Positions 40,456 to 48,454 of a stretch of DNA of 64,000 bases are shown here, piece after piece; the stretch's first letter is position 1; each line of letters begins with the position of its first letter. Position numbers and translations under genes: made by a program. The notes under the pieces were generated by a model. That model was not told where the DNA came from and ran no database searches. It was given only the letters and a program-made list of their open reading frames with translations. Origin of the DNA: an uncultured Pelagibacteraceae bacterium (lineage in GTDB: Bacteria > Pseudomonadota > Alphaproteobacteria > Pelagibacterales > Pelagibacteraceae); NCBI GenBank assembly GCA_902595105.1, contig CACJPA010000001.1, positions 13,719-77,718 on the forward strand. The letters are read 5' to 3'.

Positions 40456-42032
40456 ATTTCGATTATTTAATTATTGGTGCTGGAAGTGCAGGCTGTGTAC
40501 TTGCAAATCGATTAACAGAAAACAATCAAAACAATGTAGCAATATTTGAAGCTGGAAAACCCAGTGATATATGGAAAGTCAACATGCCACTTGCAATTTT
40601 ATATACAATGCATGATCCAAAATATAACTACAAATATTATTCAGAACCAGAACCCCATCTACATAATAGAAGATTATTTTGTCCAAGAGGAAAAATGATT
40701 GGTGGATGTTCTGCTCATAATGGAATGGTATTTGTCAGAGGCAATCCAAATGATTATCAAAGATGGGCATCTTTTGGATTAGACGATTGGTCTTATGAAA
40801 AAGTCCTTCCCTATTTTAAAAAAATTGAAACTTGGTCAGAAGGAGAAAATGAATATCGAGGTGGTAGTGGAATATTGCCAGTAAACCAATCTAAAAATAA
40901 AAATCCTTTATTTAAAGCGTTTGTAGATTCAGCTGGAGAAGCTGGTTACAAAAAAAATAACGACATGAATGGTAAGGAACAAGAAGGTTTTGGAATGTAC
41001 GATGTTACTATTCATAAGGGCGAGAGAGCCAGTGTTTCAAAATATTATTTAAATCCTGCAAAAAAAAGAAAAAATCTTAAAGTATTTACAGAAGCTTATG
41101 TTGAGAGAATAATTTTTGATGGAAAAAAAGCAATTGGAATTGAAGTTAAAATTAAAAATAAAGTTGAAAAAATTTATGCAAATAAAGAAGTAATTTTAAG
41201 TGGAGGTGCAATTAATTCACCTCAATTACTTATGCTTTCAGGGATTGGCCCAAGTCAACACTTAAAAGATAAGGGAATTGATGTTGTTCATAACTTAGAA
41301 GGTGTTGGAAAAAATCTACAAGATCATTTGGAAACGTATGTGCAACAAGAATGTAAAACTAAAGATACCTTATATTCTTACGTTAATAAGTTAAATATGG
41401 TTAGAATTGGGATTCAGTGGTTTTTAAATAGAAGTGGTCCTTGCTCTACCTCTTTCTTGGAAGCTGGAGGTTTTTGTAAATCATCACCAGAGAGAGAATA
41501 TCCTAATATTCAATTTCATTTTTTTCCTGCTTTTGTTATTGATCATGGATTAGTTGATCCTGATAGGCATGGTTACCAATTACATGCTAGCCCTAACCAT
41601 CCAAAAAGTAGAGGCCATATAACTTTAAACAGCTCAAACCCTTATGATTATCCAAAAATTCAATTTAATTATCTTGAGCATGAAGATGATTTAAAGCAAA
41701 CGATAGAATGTATTCATGTAGCTAGAAAAATTTTAGGACAAGATTCTTTGAAGCCTTTTGCAGGCAAAGAAATTGGACCAGGAGAACATGCTCAAACTAA
41801 TGAGGTATTTGAAGAATACATCAGATCTAAAGCTGAAACTGCTTACCATCCATCTTGTACTTTAAAAATGGGTGTAGATAATATGGCTGTTGTTGATCAA
41901 AAACTAAAAGTTCATGGAGTTGAAAATCTAAGAGTAGTTGATGCGTCTGTAATGCCTGAAATTACAAGTGGAAATCTAAATGCTCCAACATTAATGATTG
42001 CTGAAAGAGCTTCAGAATTTATTTTAAATTAA
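40452..42032 (+). CDS. betA: Choline dehydrogenase (GMC oxidoreductase)
   Basis: GAGSAG, PRGK..GG.S..NGM, NLQDHLE, ETAYHPSCT, SGNLNAPT. Confidence 0.85.
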   Translation: MNFDYLIIGAGSAGCVLANRLTENNQNNVAIFEAGKPSDIWKVNMPLAILYTMHDPKYNYKYYSEPEPHLHNRRLFCPRGKMIGGCSAHNGMVFVRGNPNDYQRWASFGLDDWSYEKVLPYFKKIETWSEGENEYRGGSGILPVNQSKNKNPLFKAFVDSAGEAGYKKNNDMNGKEQEGFGMYDVTIHKGERASVSKYYLNPAKKRKNLKVFTEAYVERIIFDGKKAIGIEVKIKNKVEKIYANKEVILSGGAINSPQLLMLSGIGPSQHLKDKGIDVVHNLEGVGKNLQDHLETYVQQECKTKDTLYSYVNKLNMVRIGIQWFLNRSGPCSTSFLEAGGFCKSSPEREYPNIQFHFFPAFVIDHGLVDPDRHGYQLHASPNHPKSRGHITLNSSNPYDYPKIQFNYLEHEDDLKQTIECIHVARKILGQDSLKPFAGKEIGPGEHAQTNEVFEEYIRSKAETAYHPSCTLKMGVDNMAVVDQKLKVHGVENLRVVDASVMPEITSGNLNAPTLMIAERASEFILN

Positions 42033-42034
42033 AA

Positions 42035-43036
42035 TTACTTGTTACGATAAACTGAAATTAAACAAATAATTTCAAACATTATAGAAGCTGCAACCATTGC
42101 TGTAATTTGATTTGGACTATCTTTTGTAGGCATTAAACAAGCAACATCTCCACCAATTACATTTTTTCCTTTCAAGCATTGAATTAGTTTTCGCGCTTCA
42201 TCCATGTTAAATCCTTTATATGCAGGTTCTATATTTGCTACACCTGGAGCAACTGCTGGATCTAAACAATCTAAATCAAATGTAACGTAAATAGGATTGT
42301 CCCCTAATCTATCTAAAATCATTTTAACACATTTTTCATGGCCCCATTCTCTATATTCATCCATTGTAATTACTTGATAACCAATATCATAACTTGCTTG
42401 TAACCAATCTAATGTTCTTGGATTTCCTCTTATACCTATCTGAGTACTTGTATGCGGATCAACATTTCCTTGTTTAACTAAATAAGAAGCCCAATGTGCT
42501 GCTGATTTTTTTGCACCCAAAAAATGATCTAATTTTTCAAAACAATCTGTATGGGCATCAAAATGAAGAAATGTAATTTTTTTTCCTTTGGTTAATTTTG
42601 AATTTTTTTTAGCTAAGCTTTGAACAATTCCACCAGTTACTGAATGATCACCACCAATTGATACAACTGGCTTTTCGGCCTGTTCAATATGATCATAAAA
42701 AGCTGAAATTCTCTCTATACATTTTTCATTATCATTAGCTTCTGGAAAAGGAACATCTCCCAAATCGTGAATTTTATTTTCTTTCCAAGGATCAATTTTG
42801 TAATCAAAGTGAGATCGTCTCAACATTGCAGAAATATTTCTAACTGCTCTTGGACCTAAATGCTGATCTCTTTCGGTAGTTCCATTCCCAGTACTGTGAG
42901 GAACACCAACTAATGCTATATCACAATTTTTTGGGTCTGGATCATTTTTACATCTAAATAAAGTTGGTATACCCCACCAATAAAGGGTTTCCATCATTAT
43001 TTTATCTTCTTCTGAAATCATAATTAAATATGACAC
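42035..43036 (-). CDS. Ureohydrolase (arginase/agmatinase) family protein with atypical active site; real start may be ATG at 43021 or later
   Basis: GGDHS, FDAHTD, TFDLDCLDP metal motifs intact; HGTPF, GTGTPE and VE motifs replaced. Confidence 0.85.
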   Translation of the reverse strand: MSYLIMISEEDKIMMETLYWWGIPTLFRCKNDPDPKNCDIALVGVPHSTGNGTTERDQHLGPRAVRNISAMLRRSHFDYKIDPWKENKIHDLGDVPFPEANDNEKCIERISAFYDHIEQAEKPVVSIGGDHSVTGGIVQSLAKKNSKLTKGKKITFLHFDAHTDCFEKLDHFLGAKKSAAHWASYLVKQGNVDPHTSTQIGIRGNPRTLDWLQASYDIGYQVITMDEYREWGHEKCVKMILDRLGDNPIYVTFDLDCLDPAVAPGVANIEPAYKGFNMDEARKLIQCLKGKNVIGGDVACLMPTKDSPNQITAMVAASIMFEIICLISVYRNK

Positions 43037-43083
43037 AAATTTAATAAATTTAAAAACATATTCTTTTTTGATATAGAGCGTAA

Positions 43084-44034
43084 ATGAACGCTCAAAACAA
43101 TAATCCTAAAGGAATAGTCTTCATATTAATATCGATGATGGTTTTTTCTGTACAGGATGGAATTATGAAGCATATTTATAATTTTGTTTCTCTTTATGAA
43201 ATTTACTTAATAAGAACAGTAGTAAGTTTTGTGCTTATTTTATTATTTTTAATAATTACAAAAAAACCAATAGTATTTAAGACCCAATATCCTCTTTTAA
43301 CATTTACACGTGTAATACTTTTTTTCTTTGGTTTCAGCTCTTTTTATGTTTCTTTGACTGTGTTACCACTTGGTACAGCTACAGCTTTATTTTTTGTTAC
43401 TCCATTTTTAATTACAATATTCGCTCATTTTTTTTTAAAAGAAGAAATAGGATTGAGAAGATGGTCTGCTGTAGTTGTGGGATTTATTGGAGTTTATGTA
43501 ACATTAAATCCTGATTTTAGTAATTTTAACTATTTAAGTTTATTGCCTATTTTATGTGCGTTTTGTTACTCATTATCCATGATAATTATAAAAAAAACAT
43601 CTGATAAGGATAGCGTTTATACCCAAACGTTTACATTTTATATTGGTGCAATTATTCTAAGTATAATTTTCTATTTTGTTATTGGTGACGGTCAATACAA
43701 CACTTCAAATCATCCAGCTTCTCAATTTATATTTAGAGAATGGTTTGTTGATTTTAATTCCAATATCCTATTAATGACTGCAACTGGTGTTACAGCTACT
43801 ATTGCTTTCTTTTGTTTATTTACAGCTTATAGTATTGCCTCTCCATCAGTGGTTTCACCTTTTGAATATTCAATATTATTTTGGTCGCCACTTGTAGGAT
43901 GGTTATATTTTGATGAAATACCTTCATTAAATACAGTGGTTGGAATTTTTATAATAGTATGCAGTGGTGTTTATATTTTTATGCGTGAAAAGGCACAAAA
44001 TCAGTCTATAGCTACAGAAAAACCTCTTAGATAA
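43084..44034 (+). CDS. EamA/DMT family transporter
   Basis: About 10 TM; LKEEIGLRRWSAV, SVVSPFEY. Confidence 0.9.
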   Translation: MNAQNNNPKGIVFILISMMVFSVQDGIMKHIYNFVSLYEIYLIRTVVSFVLILLFLIITKKPIVFKTQYPLLTFTRVILFFFGFSSFYVSLTVLPLGTATALFFVTPFLITIFAHFFLKEEIGLRRWSAVVVGFIGVYVTLNPDFSNFNYLSLLPILCAFCYSLSMIIIKKTSDKDSVYTQTFTFYIGAIILSIIFYFVIGDGQYNTSNHPASQFIFREWFVDFNSNILLMTATGVTATIAFFCLFTAYSIASPSVVSPFEYSILFWSPLVGWLYFDEIPSLNTVVGIFIIVCSGVYIFMREKAQNQSIATEKPLR

Positions 44035-44988
44035 ATGACAAAAGATAATAATTCTAAGGGTATTATTTTAATAATCATCGCAATGACATTATTTGCGATG
44101 CAAGACTCTTTAATTAAATATATTTTTGAAAAAGCCTCTCTTTATGAAATTTTTTTTGGAAGATACTTTGTTGCTGCTGTTTTGCTTTTTAGTTACATAA
44201 AATTTAGAAAACAAAAAGTTTCATTAAAAACTTATTATCCTATTTTAACAATTGTTAGAGTAGTTCTTCACTTTTTAGCTTTTTCAGCTTTCTTTATTTC
44301 TCTTACTTACATGCCCTTAGCAACTGCAAATGCCTTATTTTTTTCTTGTCCTTTTTTTGTATCTATTTTTGCTAAATTTTTTTTAAAAGAATTTATTGGA
44401 ATAAGAAGGTGGTCAGCAATTGTTTTTGGTTTTATTGGAGTTTTTATTGTGCTAGACCCAAACTTTTCTGATTTTGAATACAAAAGTTTACTCCCAGTAG
44501 TATGTGCATTTTTTTATGCCGCGTCCATGACAATAACAAAATACACATCTGATAAAGATGATGTAAATACTCAATTATTTTATTTTTATTTAATAGCTCT
44601 AATTTTATGTGGTCTTATTTATTTGTTTATGGGAAATGGACAATTAAATAACCCAGACTTTGATCCAACTACACAGTTTATTTTTAGAGAATGGTTTTCA
44701 AATATCGAATATACATGGAAATTTATCTTATTTTTTGGGTTCGTCGCCTCGATTGCCTTTCTCTGTATTTTTTCTGCCTACATTGTAGCTTCACCTTCAG
44801 TAGTTTCTCTTTTTGAATATTCATTAATTATAATGTCTATGATTCCTGGATATTTTTTATTTAATGAAATTCCATCAGGTAGAACATTTTTTGGAGTAGC
44901 GTGTATTATAGCAGCTGGCATTTATATTTACTTTAGAGAAAAAGCTAGGGATCAATATATTGCAACAGAAACACCAGTAAGAAGATGA
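44035..44988 (+). CDS. EamA/DMT family transporter, tandem paralog
   Basis: LKEFIGIRRWSAI, QFIFREWF shared with upstream gene. Confidence 0.9.
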   Translation: MTKDNNSKGIILIIIAMTLFAMQDSLIKYIFEKASLYEIFFGRYFVAAVLLFSYIKFRKQKVSLKTYYPILTIVRVVLHFLAFSAFFISLTYMPLATANALFFSCPFFVSIFAKFFLKEFIGIRRWSAIVFGFIGVFIVLDPNFSDFEYKSLLPVVCAFFYAASMTITKYTSDKDDVNTQLFYFYLIALILCGLIYLFMGNGQLNNPDFDPTTQFIFREWFSNIEYTWKFILFFGFVASIAFLCIFSAYIVASPSVVSLFEYSLIIMSMIPGYFLFNEIPSGRTFFGVACIIAAGIYIYFREKARDQYIATETPVRR

Positions 44989-45953
44989 CCAAAAACTATA
45001 TACCGACAATCAATATATCTTCACTAATTAAAAATAATTTTGAAACTCAAAGTGCTTTTAAAACAATTAAAGAAATTGAAAAAGCTTGTGTAAATATAGG
45101 TTTTTTCCAAGTGACAGGACATGGACTTAACTTAAAAGAAATTAAAAATATATGTGATGTGGGGAATAAGTTTTTCAATTTACCAGAAATGAAAAAAAGA
45201 AAATTATCGCCAAAAAAGTGGAACAAAAAAAATAAAAATCTTTACAGAGGTTATTTTCCAAATGATGTGAATGGTAAAGAAGGATTAGATATAGGAGATT
45301 TAAAAATTACTAAGAAATATTCTTCAAAAATTAAAAACCAATATATTGAATACTTGGATTTAAATACATGTTTTAACAAAACTTCTATAAGAGCCTTGCA
45401 TAAATATTTTGAAAATATTTACAATTTAAGTGAAATTTTGTTTAAAAGTGTGATCAAATTAAACAAACTTAATCCAAGTCTTTCAAGCAAGGCTTTTTCG
45501 AGGTTAAAAACACTTAGCACCTTAAGATTTAATTTTTATCCACATCAAACAACACCAGTAGAAATTTCTAAACAAGATGGTGTGGCGCTTGGATGTGAAA
45601 CACATGTTGATAGTGGAATATTTACAGTTCTTTACCAAGATAAAAAAGGCGGTCTTCAAGTACAGAATAGAAAAACAAAAAAATGGTATGATGTGCCATT
45701 TAATAAAAAAGCTTTAGTAGTAAATACTGGTAGAGCTTTAGAATTTTTAAGTGGAGGAAAATTTAAAGCTACAAACCACAGGGTACTATGGAATAAAAGC
45801 AAAAGACTTTCTATTCCATTCTTCTTTGAACCCTCTTATGACTTTAAAATGAACAAATCTTTCCTTAATTCAAAAAAATATTCTAATACAGGTCAGATTT
45901 ACGAAAAATTTCTAAATCAATCGTTAAAAAAATTTATTGAATACCAACGTTAA
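44985..45953 (+). CDS. Isopenicillin N synthase-family Fe(II)/2OG oxygenase
   Basis: IPTINIS, GFFQVTGHG, YRGY, HVD, GGLQV, HRV, RLSIPFF. Confidence 0.88.
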   Translation: MTKNYIPTINISSLIKNNFETQSAFKTIKEIEKACVNIGFFQVTGHGLNLKEIKNICDVGNKFFNLPEMKKRKLSPKKWNKKNKNLYRGYFPNDVNGKEGLDIGDLKITKKYSSKIKNQYIEYLDLNTCFNKTSIRALHKYFENIYNLSEILFKSVIKLNKLNPSLSSKAFSRLKTLSTLRFNFYPHQTTPVEISKQDGVALGCETHVDSGIFTVLYQDKKGGLQVQNRKTKKWYDVPFNKKALVVNTGRALEFLSGGKFKATNHRVLWNKSKRLSIPFFFEPSYDFKMNKSFLNSKKYSNTGQIYEKFLNQSLKKFIEYQR

Positions 45954-46006
45954 AATACTTTAAGTCGTTGAAAATTTATAATTAACTTTTATAAAGAATT
46001 TATAAT

Positions 46007-47161
46007 TTGATGTCTAAAGTATTTGATTTATTCATAATAGGTGGCGGTATAAACGGCGTAGGTATTGCAAGAGATGCTGCTGGGAGAGGTTTATCTGTAT
46101 GTTTGGCAGATAAAGGAGAAATAGGTGGTGCAACTTCTTCTTGGTCTACAAAATTAATTCATGGTGGACTTCGTTATTTAGAAAATTATGAATTTAAATT
46201 AGTAAGAGAGTCACTTAAAGAAAGAGAAATCGTTTACAAAATTGCAAAACATATCTCAAGACCAATTCCATTTATTATTCCACATACTGATAAAATTAGA
46301 CCAGCCTGGTTAATTAAATTTGGTTTGTTTTTGTACGACAATATAGGCGGAAAAACCAATATTCCAAAATCAAAAACATTTGATCTTAATAAAAAATTTC
46401 CAAATATTCTAAAAGAAAAATACAAAACTGGTTTTCAATATTTTGATATTCAAATTGATGATAAAAAATTAACAAAACTAAATGCTAAAGATGCAAAAAG
46501 AAATAAAGCCAAAATATTAGAATATAACAAAGTTAAAAAGGCAGAAATTATTAATAATGAGTGGGTCATAAGTCTTCAAAATGGAAAAAAAATAAAATCA
46601 AAAGTTTTGATCAATGCATCTGGACCATGGATAAATGAGACTTTGCATAAAAATATAAAAATAAAATCTAAAAATAAAATAAGATTAGTTAAAGGAAGTC
46701 ACATCATTACTAAGAAGCTGTATAAAGAAGATGTTGCATTTACTTTTCAAAATACAGATAAAAGAATAATATTTGTAATTCCTTACAAAAAACATTTTTC
46801 ATTAATTGGAACAACTGAAGTGGAAGTCAAATCCCCAGAAAATAATGGAATATCAAATCAAGAAATTCAATATTTAATTAAATCAGTAAATAATTATTTA
46901 AAAAAACAAATTAGCAAAAAAGATATAGTGGATACTTATTCAGGAATAAGGCCTCTAATAGAGGATTTTAAAGAGGCCTCAAAAGTTACTAGGGATTATG
47001 TTTTTGATTTACACATTGTGAAAAAATTACCTCTTTTAAATATTTATGGAGGGAAACTTACTACATATAGAAAGTTATCTGAAAAAGTCCTCATAGACCT
47101 TAAAAAGTTTTTACCCAAAACCAAAAAAGGCCCATGGACAGACAAAAAGAGACTTTTTTAG
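46007..47161 (+). CDS. glpD: FAD-dependent glycerol-3-phosphate dehydrogenase lacking the C-terminal cap region
   Basis: GGGING.GIARDAAGRG, TSSWSTKLIHGGLRYLE, KGSHI, SGIRPL, GGKLTTYR; ends at 384 aa. Confidence 0.82.
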   Translation: MMSKVFDLFIIGGGINGVGIARDAAGRGLSVCLADKGEIGGATSSWSTKLIHGGLRYLENYEFKLVRESLKEREIVYKIAKHISRPIPFIIPHTDKIRPAWLIKFGLFLYDNIGGKTNIPKSKTFDLNKKFPNILKEKYKTGFQYFDIQIDDKKLTKLNAKDAKRNKAKILEYNKVKKAEIINNEWVISLQNGKKIKSKVLINASGPWINETLHKNIKIKSKNKIRLVKGSHIITKKLYKEDVAFTFQNTDKRIIFVIPYKKHFSLIGTTEVEVKSPENNGISNQEIQYLIKSVNNYLKKQISKKDIVDTYSGIRPLIEDFKEASKVTRDYVFDLHIVKKLPLLNIYGGKLTTYRKLSEKVLIDLKKFLPKTKKGPWTDKKRLF

Positions 47162-47280
47162 ATTTCCACTGCTATAAAAAAGTGATATCGTTATTTAATA
47201 AAGCGATACATAACTCGTCGTTAAAATCAAAGATTTACGAAAGTGGGATCGGTCGTCTTTAAATTAACTTTTAAAGGAGG
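47161..47280 (+). promoter_or_regulatory. Candidate structured 5' leader upstream of luciferase-like monooxygenase operon
   Basis: Three-stem fold plus a hairpin overlapping AGGAGG SD; see findings. Confidence 0.35.
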
Positions 47281-47284
47281 CTTT

Positions 47285-48454
47285 ATGAAATTTGGTTATT
47301 TTTGTAATACCACAAACTGGACACACAAACCTTATCATCAGCTATTAGATGAAACTAAAGAAATCACAGAATATTGTGATCAAAATAAATGGAATTCAAT
47401 ATGGTTTACAGAGCATCACTTCAATCACGAAGGAATGGAGTCTTGTACAAATCCATTAATGATGGGCGCGGATGCAGCAGCGAGAACAAAAAATATTAGA
47501 ATAGGTCAAGCTGCAAATGTTATTACTTTTCATAATCCAATAAGATTAGCTGAAGATATTGCAACATTAGACCAGCTTTCTAAAGGCAGAGTTGAAGTAG
47601 GTGTAGCAAGAGGAATTTATGGAAGAGAAGCAATAAACTTAAATAAAGAAGCTGATTTAAAAGATCAGGCAAAAAATTTCAGATTATTTGCAGAAACTTT
47701 AGAAGTATTAAAAAAAGCTTGGACTGAAAAATTTTTTAGTCATCAAGGTGAATTTTATACTTATCCATCACCGAATTATGTCTGGCAACACGATATGAGT
47801 CCGCCAAGTGATGAATTTATGAATATGGAGGATAATACTATGAAAAAAATTAGTGTTTTGCCTCATCCATATCAAGAACCACACCCACCTATTCATCAAG
47901 TTGTTGATGGCATTAGGTCAATTGAGTGGGCTGCTGAAAATAATATTAATATTATTATGTGGATACCAACAGTGAAAGCTTTGAAAGCAAAATTTGAGGC
48001 CTATAAAAATAAAAGATCAGAAGTAACAAAAAAAAATATACCTCTTGGTGAAGGAGTTTCTCTTGTAAGAGATATGTTTGTTGCTGATACAATGGAAGAA
48101 GCAAAAGAAAAAGCTGGTGAACATATGGTGAATTACATGAGATGGGTTTGTCATTGGAGAGGTTTAGGAAATCACATGGATCCAGGTGAAGAATTGCCTG
48201 AAACAAAAGGTAAATTGGATTTATTAAATTATGAATTTTTACACAAAAGAAACATGTTATTTGGAACCCCTGAGTACGTGATAGATAAAATTCATGAATT
48301 AAAATCTGAACTTAACTTACAAAATTTACAAGTTTGGTCTAATTTTCCAGGAGTGAAGCATAAAGATTGTATGAAAAGTATAAAACTTTTCACTGAAAAA
48401 GTTATGCCACATTTTCAGGATGATTTTGATACTGAAGTAAAAAAAGTTTCGTGA
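47285..48454 (+). CDS. Luciferase-like (LLM) flavin-dependent monooxygenase
   Basis: MKFG start after AGGAGG (track start 47243 is an upstream GTG); WFTEHHF, RLAEDIATLDQLSKGR, PYQEPHPP, FGTPE. Confidence 0.9.
   Translation: MKFGYFCNTTNWTHKPYHQLLDETKEITEYCDQNKWNSIWFTEHHFNHEGMESCTNPLMMGADAAARTKNIRIGQAANVITFHNPIRLAEDIATLDQLSKGRVEVGVARGIYGREAINLNKEADLKDQAKNFRLFAETLEVLKKAWTEKFFSHQGEFYTYPSPNYVWQHDMSPPSDEFMNMEDNTMKKISVLPHPYQEPHPPIHQVVDGIRSIEWAAENNINIIMWIPTVKALKAKFEAYKNKRSEVTKKNIPLGEGVSLVRDMFVADTMEEAKEKAGEHMVNYMRWVCHWRGLGNHMDPGEELPETKGKLDLLNYEFLHKRNMLFGTPEYVIDKIHELKSELNLQNLQVWSNFPGVKHKDCMKSIKLFTEKVMPHFQDDFDTEVKKVS

Noticed and set aside
47161-47284. Match to known riboswitches (SAM-V, glycine, FMN, TPP, guanidine I-III)
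   Set aside because: None of their conserved sequence cores is visible by eye; kept only as an unclassified candidate
47243-47284. N-terminal extension of the LLM from GTG 47243 (and of livJ from TTG 53087)
   Set aside because: Strong SD sequences sit directly before ATG 47285 and ATG 53111, and the family-typical N-termini start there
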